Shown here one piece after another: positions 50,372-59,778 of a stretch of 64,000 nucleotides of DNA (its first letter is position 1; each line of letters starts with the position of its first letter). Position numbers and translations under genes: made by a program. The stretch lies in assembly GCA_965209085.1 (NCBI GenBank), contig OZ242376.1, positions 1,629,555 through 1,693,554 on the forward strand, written 5' to 3'. The notes under the pieces were generated by a model, which saw only the letters and a program-made list of their open reading frames with translations, ran no database searches and was not told the origin of the DNA. Source of the stretch: Nitrosopumilaceae archaeon (GTDB lineage Archaea; Thermoproteota; Nitrososphaeria; Nitrososphaerales; Nitrosopumilaceae).

Positions 50372-51871
50372 GTAACTGTCTAGAGTTTTGAAGTTAAATT
50401 GGATAGATATTCTTCCAAATAATCATGAAAGTTCAGATTCCTCAACCTGCACGTCTCCTTTATGCTCATCAATATCTTGTGAGCTTTGGCACCATCCTCT
50501 GAGCGATGACCATTTGTAATTTTACGTATTACGACATTTGGTCGAATCCCCCTCTCGGCGGTATTGTTGTGCCAGTCAGTACCCGTTTTTAGAAACGTAA
50601 AGAGCATATCTTTTTCTCGCCTGATTCTTTTTACAAATCTGATACAGTTTTTCTCCTTGTACGGCTTTGAGATCAGTCTGTCAATTCTTACCTCTAGATT
50701 TTTCTTGATTTTAAGCCTCTTGATCTTGCTTTGTATCTTTGCAGCATCCTGTGAGTCGTAGAGTATTTTTTGCAGACGTTTTGCAAATGGTTCAAACTCT
50801 TTGCCGGGGTTTTTATGATCTATTGTACCCAGGATCTCTCTTTTATAGTGAACATGGCAACGCTGATGTGTTTTACCAGCATAATTCCATGCTGGCCATG
50901 AATCGCTTGTAACGTTTCCCTCGTATCCTTTTAGTATTTTTTTTGGTACCTCGCGTCCACGTGATTTGTCAATTTCATATATGATGGTCCATTTTCCAAC
51001 AAACACCCACAACCAGTGGTTGATGCCATCAATCCGCCAGCTGGTCTCATCTCCGTGTATGTTTAATTCTTGTTTTAATTCATTTATCATCTGCTCGTAC
51101 AGCGAACCAAACGCTATCGCCATTTTTGTTATCACGTGGTTTATGGTGGAAGGTGTCACGTGTATCGAATACATTGTATTTACCAGTCGTGATATTTTTA
51201 CATATGAAATTCCCAATAATTTGAGTGAGACGATAAACACTCCCAATCTGATCCCAAACCTACTGTTTGGAAGTGCGGTGTATATTTTTGGTGTGATTGT
51301 CTTTTTACAGTGTTTACAATATCTTCGATATATCGTATATTCTGTATTGTACGTCTTTGCTGGAATAATATCCTCCACCGTACGGGTGTATTTGTCGATG
51401 ATTTTTGAGAGCTTGTTTCCACATCCACTGCACATCTTTTGATCCACATTTGTTTTATTGTCGATTCTGATGGGTTTTTTTCTGCTGGTTCTTGTATGAT
51501 CAGAGTATTTTCTTTCTGTAAGAGTTTTGGAAATGTTGGGTTTTGCATGGATATTCTTTGCGACAAGTTCTTTTACTGCAAATTTTAGATCATCTATTTC
51601 TTTTTGTTGATCTGCAGATTTTTTTTCAAGCATGGAACATTTTTCCTCAGATGCAGAATATTTGCTTTTCAGATCTGTAATCTCGCTTTTCTGTCGTTTA
51701 TTGATACGTTGTAACTGCGCAATTTCTTGCGATACATAATGTGACCTTTGGTTGTGGTCATTTTGGTCACGTTCTGACAACAATTCGTTATGTTTGTGCC
51801 CGATCCATAAAGATCACGGTGGAAAATACTCGATCATATGATCAAATCGCTTCAAAACTCTAGACAGTTAC
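50372..51871 (-). mobile_element. IS66-family element, 1500 bp, single ORF
   Basis: Perfect 22-bp TIR GTAACTGTCTAGAGTTTTGAAG; 8-bp TSD GAATATTT at 50364-50371 and 51872-51879. Confidence 0.95.
50380..51783 (-). CDS. IS66 transposase (TnpC-type)
   Basis: Coiled-coil and Zn finger; HGDETSW, WLWVF, QRCHVH..R and NNTAERGIRP.V..RK. Confidence 0.95.
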   Translation of the reverse strand: MLSERDQNDHNQRSHYVSQEIAQLQRINKRQKSEITDLKSKYSASEEKCSMLEKKSADQQKEIDDLKFAVKELVAKNIHAKPNISKTLTERKYSDHTRTSRKKPIRIDNKTNVDQKMCSGCGNKLSKIIDKYTRTVEDIIPAKTYNTEYTIYRRYCKHCKKTITPKIYTALPNSRFGIRLGVFIVSLKLLGISYVKISRLVNTMYSIHVTPSTINHVITKMAIAFGSLYEQMINELKQELNIHGDETSWRIDGINHWLWVFVGKWTIIYEIDKSRGREVPKKILKGYEGNVTSDSWPAWNYAGKTHQRCHVHYKREILGTIDHKNPGKEFEPFAKRLQKILYDSQDAAKIQSKIKRLKIKKNLEVRIDRLISKPYKEKNCIRFVKRIRREKDMLFTFLKTGTDWHNNTAERGIRPNVVIRKITNGHRSEDGAKAHKILMSIKETCRLRNLNFHDYLEEYLSNLTSKL

Positions 51872-52083
51872 GAATATTTTAATTGGTCCAAATACCCAAA
51901 TGTTGAGAAATTATATCATATGTTTTGATACTAAAAATAGAAAATTGAACATTGATTAAATCAGATCTTCTCTATGATGATTTTAACTTGTTCGCTATCG
52001 TACTTTTCAATAGACCTTATGCATAATCATACAAATCCGTCATTTTTATTCGTAAAAATTATGAATTTAGTCCATTATGCATA

Positions 52084-52599
52084 ACCATATGTGAAAAGAG
52101 ATTCCAAGACCACAGATGGTTCTGGTCTTGCCCCATCGGTTCGTAATTTAGCAGATGTGGTCCATCACGGACATGTACCAAAAAGAGGAAAGCCGGATGA
52201 TGCGGTGGGCACTGGTGGAAGCTGTTACCGCCCATGTCCGATTTGCATCAGAGAGTAACATTTCTGAATTTTACTGACATCTTGCAAAAAAGAGAGGATC
52301 ATCCAAGGCCAAAGTTGCAGTAGCAGCCAAGATGTTTGATATCATATTTTGTATGCTAAAGGATAGGAGTGAATTTGAAATACATCATAGTTAAAGCAAC
52401 AAACCGCGGGTTAGACTTTGGGGATGTTACCCCGGATGCATAACTGCGGTAAGCTTTAACATGTGGGTAAAGATGGTTGTGGGATTAAATCCCGAATGGA
52501 TAGATGTCTTTTACCATTTGACTGAAAACAGACACATGGCGAAAGCCATATCGCATGACACAAAAAAGCAAGAAACTTTTAAAAGTATTCACATGGATA
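52084..52599 (+). mobile_element. Non-autonomous, internally deleted IS110/IS1111-type element
   Basis: Sub-terminal IR ATGTGAA/TTCACAT; TA core at both ends; transposase C-terminal relic GLAPSVRN.AD..HHG..KRG, MRWALVEAV, AKKRGSSKAKVA. Confidence 0.88.
52395..52560 (+). ncRNA. Putative bridge/seek RNA (target-binding loop plus donor-binding loop)
   Basis: Loop 1 guides TAGACTTTG and ATGCATA match the MITE TIR; loop 2 guides ATGGTTG and ATGGATA match the element's circle junction; 3' ATGGC GAAA GCCAT hairpin. Confidence 0.78.
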
Positions 52600-52614
52600 A
52601 GGTCTAATATAATT

Positions 52615-53490
52615 ATGGCTATTGATTCTCAAATTGAATGGACGGAATCTACGTGGAATCCATCTACAGGATGTTCTAAAATTTCTCCGGGTTGTGCCAA
52701 TTGTTATGCTGAAAAATTATCAAAGAGACTTCAATTAATGAAGGTAAATAAATATCGTAAAGGATTTCAATATGTAGAACATGATAATGAAATCAATACT
52801 CCGTTAAAATGGTCTAAACCTAGAAAAATTTTTGTAAATAGCATGTCAGATCTTTTTCACGAACGTGCAAGTATTAATTTTATAAGAAAATGTTTTATTG
52901 TCATGATAAAAGCAAATCAACATACATATCAAATTTTAACTAAAAGACCAAAAAAAATGAAAGATTTTTCATATTTATTTCATAAAGAATTTGAGCAAAA
53001 AATTCCGTCACATATTTGGATGGGTGTAAGTATTGAAAATCAAGAATCTGATTGGAGGGTTGATGAATTACGTGATATTGATTGCTCTACTAGATTCATA
53101 AGTTTTGAACCATTATTAGGTTCAATTAAAAATATCAATCTTAAAGGAATTAACTGGGCTATAATTGGAGGCGAAAGTGGCATCAAACACAGAGAAATTA
53201 AAAAAGAATGGGTTCTCAATTTAATTAGACAGTGTAAAAAACAAAACGTTCCTGTGTTTTTTAAACAATGGGGAGGTGTAAGACCCAAATCAGGCGGCAG
53301 AGAGATTGATGGGGAAAAATTTAGTGAATATCCTTTAATCAAAATTACAAAAAAATCCAAGAAACAATTGGACATTTTATTGGAAAAAATTAATACCATG
53401 GATCAAAATGTACCATATCAAATACCATCACAAATTCCAATCCCACCTAAATTGATTCCAATGAGAAACGCATTATCCAACCACTGTTAA
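52615..53490 (+). CDS. DUF5131 / phage Gp37-Gp68 family protein
   Basis: IEWTESTWNP.TGC.KISPGC.NCYA, IFVNSMSDLFH, ILTKRP, GGESG and FFKQWGG; start at ATG 52615. Confidence 0.92.
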   Translation: MAIDSQIEWTESTWNPSTGCSKISPGCANCYAEKLSKRLQLMKVNKYRKGFQYVEHDNEINTPLKWSKPRKIFVNSMSDLFHERASINFIRKCFIVMIKANQHTYQILTKRPKKMKDFSYLFHKEFEQKIPSHIWMGVSIENQESDWRVDELRDIDCSTRFISFEPLLGSIKNINLKGINWAIIGGESGIKHREIKKEWVLNLIRQCKKQNVPVFFKQWGGVRPKSGGREIDGEKFSEYPLIKITKKSKKQLDILLEKINTMDQNVPYQIPSQIPIPPKLIPMRNALSNHC

Positions 53491-53570
53491 GATTATCTAG
53501 GACAAATCTATACGATCAAAAGTTTCTAGACAGTAAATAATTTAAAAACCTCGCCTCATATTACAGTATA

Positions 53571-54104
53571 ATGTCATATGTGATAACCGGCAGTCCCGGA
53601 ACTGGAAAACATACTGTGGGTAAAATGCTGGCAGAGAAAACAAATCTAGAGATAACTGACATTAATTTATTGGCTAAAAAATCCGGACTGTGCAAAGAGA
53701 TGGATGGTGTTTCAGAGGTGGATACCAAAGCACTCTCCAAAATAATGGAAAATGCCTCCGGTATAATCATAGGCCATCTTGCCCCATACGTGGTAAAACA
53801 GGCAAAAACTGTCATCGTACTGCGTAAAAGCCCGTACGAGTTGGAAAAAGTATACGAGCAGAGAAATTACTCAAAAGAGAAAACGTTTGAAAACATCCAA
53901 GCTGAGATACTTGGCATTATAGCATATGATACACTGCAGATATTTCCGGATTTAATACAAATAGATGCCACAAACTGCAGTCCCGAGATGACACTCTCTC
54001 ATATGGAAAACCGCTCAAATCACACAGTCGACTGGCTGCATCTTGTATCAGAAAAAGGCGATTTGGGAAAGTTTTTTCCAAATGAAAAGACTGATTTGAT
54101 TTAA
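53571..54104 (+). CDS. Archaeal adenylate kinase (AK6/Fap7-like)
   Basis: ITGSPGTGK, GHL and R.Y..EK..EN..AE motifs. Confidence 0.85.
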   Translation: MSYVITGSPGTGKHTVGKMLAEKTNLEITDINLLAKKSGLCKEMDGVSEVDTKALSKIMENASGIIIGHLAPYVVKQAKTVIVLRKSPYELEKVYEQRNYSKEKTFENIQAEILGIIAYDTLQIFPDLIQIDATNCSPEMTLSHMENRSNHTVDWLHLVSEKGDLGKFFPNEKTDLI

Positions 54105-54129
54105 TAATGTGCCAGGGGTGCGGTAAAAA

Positions 54130-55644
54130 ATGCTCTTTGAGATATCAAAATGTGATTTGGCCGGTCGCATTGGAATGCTGGAAACAAACCACGGCAAAGT
54201 TCAGACTCCCGCGTTTGTTCCGGTAATACACCCGGTAAAACAGTCGATACCGGCATCAAAGCTGAAAAAAATGGGATTTGACATGGTCATAACAAACGCG
54301 TACATTACGATGAAAAATTACGGCGATAAAGCTGTGAAACGGGGCATACATGATGTAATAAAATACGACGGTTCTGTAATGACAGATTCCGGCGGATACC
54401 AGGTTTTAGAATACGGCAAGGTGGATGTAACGCCTGAGGCAATGGCTGCATTTGAATCCGGAATCGGCTCAGACATTGCAATACCGCTTGACAAACCTAC
54501 AGGATTTGGCATGCCGGAAAAAAAGGCAAAAGAATACGTGGATCACACGCTAAAGATCTGCAAACAGACACTTGATGCAGCACAAAGAAAAGGTCAGATT
54601 TGGGCCGGACCCATACAGGGCGGCGAGCATGAAAAACTGGTAAAGCATTCGGCCAAAAGTCTGGTAAAAATGGGATACGAGTTTTTGGCCCTTGGCAGTC
54701 CCGTTGAATTTATGGAATCCTACGAGTATACCAAGCTTGCAGAGATGATTATATCCGCAAGAAGCAGCATTCCGGATTCATCACCTTTGCACCTGTTTGG
54801 AGCTGGCCATCCGCTTACGATAGCATTGGCAGTAGCTCTTGGCTGTGATACGTTTGATTCAGCATCCTATATGCTGTATGCAAAACAGGACAGGTACATA
54901 ACAGAAGATCGGACAAGAAAAATCACAGACATGGAGTATTTCTCCTGCCCCTGCGAGGTCTGCTCAAAGAATACTCCAGCTGAAATAGTATCCATGGAGA
55001 AATTTGACAAAGTTGAGAATATTGCCCTCCACAACCTCTACTCGATAAAGGCTGAAGTGGATAGGACAAAAGAGGCCATATCTGATGGACGCCTCTGGGA
55101 GCATTTGATGAAAAAGATGCGATCCCATCCGAAACTATACGAGGCAAGGAGTACGGTTGCTACAGCACAGGATGTAATTGCTCCCTCTACACCGCAGTTT
55201 AAACAGGGCGCTGCATTTCTTTACGAACCAATAGATCAGTATCGTCCCGAAGTGCTCTCTTATCATGATACTGTGCGCAGATTTAAAACAAAAAGAAAAA
55301 TTCTCTGCATTAATGCTGATTCTTCAAGAAAGCCCGCATACCTTGCACCAGAGCAGTCAGAGCTTGAAAAATTATTTGACGATCCTGACAAGATACAATT
55401 TTGCAGATACAGCAAATATCTTGGATTGATGCCGTTGGAGATATCTGATTTGTATCCGGCAGCACACTATGTTGAAGCAAAAGGTATGGATTCTGCATCA
55501 TTATATCCGGAATTTACAAAAACCTGGGAGAAATTTTTCTCAAATAATTCATTTGATATTGTATATTATTCAAATGATGCATTTTTAGCACATCACATGC
55601 GTCATCTGCCAAAAGGCGTGCGCAAACGTAGGCTAGTAAAATAA
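54130..55644 (+). CDS. tgtA: Archaeosine tRNA-guanine(15) transglycosylase
   Basis: MTDSGGYQ, PIQGG, HLFGAGHP, DTFDSASY and CPCEVC..HNL. Confidence 0.93.
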   Translation: MLFEISKCDLAGRIGMLETNHGKVQTPAFVPVIHPVKQSIPASKLKKMGFDMVITNAYITMKNYGDKAVKRGIHDVIKYDGSVMTDSGGYQVLEYGKVDVTPEAMAAFESGIGSDIAIPLDKPTGFGMPEKKAKEYVDHTLKICKQTLDAAQRKGQIWAGPIQGGEHEKLVKHSAKSLVKMGYEFLALGSPVEFMESYEYTKLAEMIISARSSIPDSSPLHLFGAGHPLTIALAVALGCDTFDSASYMLYAKQDRYITEDRTRKITDMEYFSCPCEVCSKNTPAEIVSMEKFDKVENIALHNLYSIKAEVDRTKEAISDGRLWEHLMKKMRSHPKLYEARSTVATAQDVIAPSTPQFKQGAAFLYEPIDQYRPEVLSYHDTVRRFKTKRKILCINADSSRKPAYLAPEQSELEKLFDDPDKIQFCRYSKYLGLMPLEISDLYPAAHYVEAKGMDSASLYPEFTKTWEKFFSNNSFDIVYYSNDAFLAHHMRHLPKGVRKRRLVK

Positions 55645-55679
55645 AAAAAAAGTGTAATGGTTTGCAGAATTTGCCGCAC

Positions 55680-55982
55680 TTAGAGTGCTGCGTCTTCTGC
55701 CCAACCTTTGACGAATACACCGTTTTTGTGCAGTGGAACGGGTTGTCCGGCCGTATAATTCATGGGCCGCATCCAAAAGATGGATTTTGTCGGGCATACA
55801 CCTATGCATGCACCGTCAGAAATACATCTTTCTGGATAAAAGACAAACGCCTTTCCTCTTTTCCAGCCCTCTACAGGCTTTACACGGAGTACATCAGGAC
55901 CAAGAGTGGTGCATATTTCCACGCAAAGTGCGCAGCCTATGCATCGCTGTTCGTCGACGTCGGGAAGTATTGCTATTGGCAT
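55680..55982 (-). CDS. 4Fe-4S ferredoxin
   Basis: CIGCALCVEIC and CISDGACIGVCP. Confidence 0.93.
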   Translation of the reverse strand: MPIAILPDVDEQRCIGCALCVEICTTLGPDVLRVKPVEGWKRGKAFVFYPERCISDGACIGVCPTKSIFWMRPMNYTAGQPVPLHKNGVFVKGWAEDAAL

Positions 55983-56099
55983 CTATATCACTTGTATCCT
56001 GATGGGCATATCTGTATTTAAACCATAATCGATTTTCATAACGCGGTTATGTAGCATACGCTAGGTAGCGTATTCAAAAAACATGGCATTATGCAACGA

Positions 56100-56312
56100 C
56101 TATTTTCTCATTGAATCTATTTGGCCAGAAGTTACCCAATCGAGTAGTTCTGCCGAGGTCGGGTTTAATTCAGCTTTTTTGGCCATTAGATTTTGTACCC
56201 AAATCCAGTTTATCTGGTTTAAGAGGGGTTTGTTTGACTCATCACCAGCACGAACCTTGCTTACGACAGCTTGGTCTTGGCTGTTAATCCAGTCTTGGTA
56301 GGATCTTCCCAT
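56100..56312 (-). CDS. Small conserved hypothetical protein
   Basis: 70 aa, MGRSYQDWI..LLDWVTSGQI; TTTAATTA box upstream. Confidence 0.75.
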   Translation of the reverse strand: MGRSYQDWINSQDQAVVSKVRAGDESNKPLLNQINWIWVQNLMAKKAELNPTSAELLDWVTSGQIDSMRK

Positions 56313-56407
56313 ATTTGAACAAGATTAGCTAACACTAATTAAAGCTTTTCACGTTTGATTTTGATCGCTACTAAACCTATTAAGAGGCTAAAAATTATTA
56401 AAATATC

Positions 56408-57682
56408 TTGGATGTAAAAGTATTAGGAGCTGCCGGTCAGGTAGGCAGATCGGGATTTTTGGCCGATTGTGACGGGACACGTATTTTATTGGATTACGGG
56501 GTGCTCTTTGGACGCAGGGGTAAAAATCCAACCCCCCCTCAGTATCCGGATCATGTTAGACCAAAGGATGTTGATTCCATTGTTTTAACCCATGCACATC
56601 TTGATCATTCCGGATACATTCCCTCAATGTATGTGAGCGGAGGGCCTCCTGTATATGCCACTGCACCGACAATGGAGCTAAGTCAGATACTCGTGGAAGA
56701 TATGATAAAGATTGACAAAAATGCACACCCGTTTGGACAGCCTGAAATTGACAGCATGATGAATCATTCAAAATATATCCAATACAGGGAAAAGATAAGA
56801 CGCGGTGATGCAACAATTGAGCTGCGCGAATCCGGACACGTTATAGGCGGCAGTACCGTTTTACTTGAATCAAAAGGAAAACGTCTCTTTTACACAGGCG
56901 ATATACATGTTGGAGGATCCCGTATGCTGCGCGAAGCTGATTTGGACATTGGAGATATTGATTTATTGATTACAGAGAGTACGTATTCGCAGAAAAGTCA
57001 GATTCCAAGGGCAGAATCAGAATTAAAACTTGTAGAATTTGTACGCGAAATAATGGACCGCAAAGGAATAATGTTCATACCCTCGTTTTCAGTTGAGCGT
57101 TCACAGGAGATTGCATGCGTTCTGCAAAATGCAGGGATAGACGAGAGGGTCATAATGGACGGTATGGCATTAAAGGTAAACGATGTAATGTTTGATCATC
57201 CGGAATTTTTGCGCGATTACGATGCGTTTGCAAAGGCGATAAACCATGCAACTGAAATTCGCAGCCACCGCGAGAGGGAAAAAGCTTTGGTTGGTCCGTG
57301 CATAGTCATATCCCCTGCAGGAATGCTGGTAGGGGGTAATGCCGTATACTATTTACAGGCAATGGCATTTGATGAACGCAACGGAATCGCCCTTGTATCA
57401 TACCAGGGAGAGGGTACGCCGGGCAAAATGTTGCTTGATACTGGCAAAGTTATAACGCGTGGCAAGGAATTACAGGTAAAAGCAGAGGTAAAGCAGTTTC
57501 AGTTTTCCGGACACTCTGATAGGGAAGAGCTCTTTGGTATGATGGGACGCATAAAGGGGAATCCAAAAGTTATAACAGTTCACGGGGATTCACAGTCATG
57601 TCAGATGTTTGCCCAGCAGATTTCTGAAAAATTTGGTTTTGATGCACACGCTGCAGAGCCTGGCGAAATTGTCAGCGTTTAA
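56408..57682 (+). CDS. Beta-CASP metallo-beta-lactamase ribonuclease
   Basis: LTHAHLDHSG, GHVIG, YTGD, ESTY, FSGHSD and VHGD. Confidence 0.92.
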   Translation: MDVKVLGAAGQVGRSGFLADCDGTRILLDYGVLFGRRGKNPTPPQYPDHVRPKDVDSIVLTHAHLDHSGYIPSMYVSGGPPVYATAPTMELSQILVEDMIKIDKNAHPFGQPEIDSMMNHSKYIQYREKIRRGDATIELRESGHVIGGSTVLLESKGKRLFYTGDIHVGGSRMLREADLDIGDIDLLITESTYSQKSQIPRAESELKLVEFVREIMDRKGIMFIPSFSVERSQEIACVLQNAGIDERVIMDGMALKVNDVMFDHPEFLRDYDAFAKAINHATEIRSHREREKALVGPCIVISPAGMLVGGNAVYYLQAMAFDERNGIALVSYQGEGTPGKMLLDTGKVITRGKELQVKAEVKQFQFSGHSDREELFGMMGRIKGNPKVITVHGDSQSCQMFAQQISEKFGFDAHAAEPGEIVSV

Positions 57683-58517
57683 GCTAAACTTACAGAGTGC
57701 CCATGATACAATAAACAACGGTCAGGTGTTTTTGTGGGATAAATACGGTAATTCATGGTACGGTGTTGACGGATTTAATGTTATAAAGATCGCAGAATCC
57801 GGTCACATTTACTCGATAAAGGGCGGGCATTGCAGTTTTTTCCGTACAAGAGATAACATGCATAAGATTATCTCTGAGATATCAAAAGATAAAATTGTAG
57901 CCTCGGCGGTAAAAAAATCACCAAACATGAGGCTCTTGCGGCAGGATCCCTTCCAGTGCATGATTACCTTTGTAGTATCTTCAAATTCTGCCATACCAAA
58001 CATACGGCGATCTTTGCAAAAACTGTGTGCAAAGTACGGCAAACCAATATCATACGATGGTTTTGAATTTTCTCTCTTTCCGGAACCTGGCATACTAGCC
58101 GGCGCCACTATCGCCGGACTGCGTTCGTGCGGACTTGGATACAGGGTGCCGTATGTCAAGGCAGCAGCTGTTGCTGTAAATTCAGGCATGCTTGATTTAT
58201 CCTCCATGCGGCACCTCAAATATGAGACTGCAAGGGAGGCTCTGCTTGAGATTCCCGGAATCGGCGGCAAAGTGGCCGACTGTATAATGCTTTTTTCCCT
58301 TGACAAGCTTGATGCTGTACCGCTTGACAGATGGGTGATTCGCATATTGGAAAAATACTATCCTGGCAAATTTGATGTTAAAACCTCGCTGACGCCAAAG
58401 GCATACCTTACAATACGCGGGAAAATTTTGAAACATTTTGGCAAGTATGCTGGATTCTCACAGCAGTTTTTGTTCAAAGCTGAACGGGATGTTGCCGGGG
58501 GAAAATGGCTGCAATAA
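57669..58517 (+). CDS. ogg: 8-oxoguanine DNA glycosylase (Ogg1-type, HhH-GPD)
   Basis: GQVF.W, LLRQDPFQC, GLGYR, PGIGGKVADC and P.D.W; start uncertain. Confidence 0.85.
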   Translation: MSAFKLNLQSAHDTINNGQVFLWDKYGNSWYGVDGFNVIKIAESGHIYSIKGGHCSFFRTRDNMHKIISEISKDKIVASAVKKSPNMRLLRQDPFQCMITFVVSSNSAIPNIRRSLQKLCAKYGKPISYDGFEFSLFPEPGILAGATIAGLRSCGLGYRVPYVKAAAVAVNSGMLDLSSMRHLKYETAREALLEIPGIGGKVADCIMLFSLDKLDAVPLDRWVIRILEKYYPGKFDVKTSLTPKAYLTIRGKILKHFGKYAGFSQQFLFKAERDVAGGKWLQ

Positions 58518-58524
58518 TATAATT

Positions 58525-58791
58525 TTAGATACGGCTGAATTTAAAATCGCGTTTTGGCTGCTGCATTGAGATAAGCATTTGTTTTAGCTGCTCATCGCTT
58601 ACCTGTGTGATACGGCCCTGTGTTGCAAGTCCTAGGAGATAGTTTTCAACGTTTGCTGCAAGATCCGGTTTTACCATGCGTATGTTGGTTAATCTTGATC
58701 TTGCCTGCGGGTCTAGTAATTTTAACATTAGTGATTGTTTGTGTGTCTCATCTGCTTCTTGATCGTTTGGTTTCTCTTCAGGATAGCTCAT
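58525..58791 (-). CDS. PDCD5-like DNA-binding protein
   Basis: L.P.AR.RL.NI.MVKP..A..VE. Confidence 0.88.
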   Translation of the reverse strand: MSYPEEKPNDQEADETHKQSLMLKLLDPQARSRLTNIRMVKPDLAANVENYLLGLATQGRITQVSDEQLKQMLISMQQPKRDFKFSRI

Positions 58792-58800
58792 TTTTTCATC

Positions 58801-59253
58801 TCAAGTGTAGATTTTGAGACTCTTGTCTTTTGCTACCATTCCTTGCAGTATTTCTGTGGCCATGCCGTCCAGTTTTTTCATTCCTTTATTGGAGATCATT
58901 CTGCCTTTTTTTTCAACTTTGGTAAGATATCCGAGTTTTTCAAGCCCCTGAACTGCGTTGCGTATTATTGCACCGCTTGCATTCTTGTGGTGTGCCATTC
59001 CATATCCGTGCGGTTTTCCTCCCCCATACATTGAGCACAGCCCGTTAATTCCAACCGGTCCGTGTAAGTAAATTTTTCGTAATAGTGAGGCACATCTTGT
59101 ATGCCACCAGTCACTCTTTTGAGGAGGTTTGTTGGCATGCACGCCGGTTTTTACAAACGGGGTCCACTGCGGTGCCGGTATGTCTTCGGATTTGAGAGTA
59201 TCTGCAAGTTTTAAGATTAGCTGGTCTGCTGGTACATCATAGATCTTTGCCAT
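58801..59253 (-). CDS. rps19e: 30S ribosomal protein S19e
   Basis: MAKIYDVP, FVKTG and WW..RCASLLRKIY; start moved to 59253. Confidence 0.95.
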   Translation of the reverse strand: MAKIYDVPADQLILKLADTLKSEDIPAPQWTPFVKTGVHANKPPQKSDWWHTRCASLLRKIYLHGPVGINGLCSMYGGGKPHGYGMAHHKNASGAIIRNAVQGLEKLGYLTKVEKKGRMISNKGMKKLDGMATEILQGMVAKDKSLKIYT

Positions 59254-59369
59254 AATTAGATTGGTTGATTTCGGGTTAATAAATCGATCAGTATGACTAG
59301 ATGGGAATTTGGCCGGATTTTTCCAAGTTTCCCTGAAAATTAATCTAGGATGGCGTTTCACGTACAGTC

Positions 59370-59669
59370 ATGAAAAGGTATATGGCTATTGCCGAAGAGA
59401 GAATGCAGATATTATTTGAATCAGCGCTCTATAATGCAAAAATCAATCCCCGCATGGCACAACATAGTGCCATGATACTGCGCCGCATATCCTCAAAATA
59501 CCGCCTGCCGCTGCCTCCCCATATGAGGCAGTCGTTTTGTAAAAAATGCAAAATGTTCATAGTTGCAGGCATTGACAGTAAAGTGCGCATAAATGATTCA
59601 AACGTATGCACTACCTGTATGTATTGCGGGCATACGTACAGAAAGATCACAAAAATTGGTAAAAATTAA
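59370..59669 (+). CDS. rnp4: RNase P protein Rpp21
   Basis: IAEERM.IL, FCKKC and TCMYCG. Confidence 0.9.
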   Translation: MKRYMAIAEERMQILFESALYNAKINPRMAQHSAMILRRISSKYRLPLPPHMRQSFCKKCKMFIVAGIDSKVRINDSNVCTTCMYCGHTYRKITKIGKN

Positions 59670-59778
59670 ACCAGTTTGTACATGAAATATTTTATTCTCT
59701 AAATTATGATCATGTATAGCCTCCGCTGGGGAGTGTTCAAAAAAAGAAAAAGAGAAAATTTAAATTTTTAGCTTACTT

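Larger units (their letters stand above)
50046..51959 (+). pseudogene. Retropepsin-like aspartyl protease, frameshifted and split by IS66
   Basis: AIIDTGA motif; removing the IS66 and one TSD restores ..DNNQNILIGP..FDTKNRKLNID*. Confidence 0.8.
52011..52606. mobile_element. MITE family B copy split by an IS110-type insertion in its right TIR
   Basis: 52011-52083 plus 52600-52606 rebuilds an 80-bp MITE with a perfect 17-bp TIR TAGACCTTATGCATAAT. Confidence 0.9.

Noticed and set aside
52555-52614. N-terminal extension of DUF5131 given by the ORF track
   Set aside because: It lies within the IS110 right end and MITE TIR; family similarity and the duplicated start both begin at ATG 52615.
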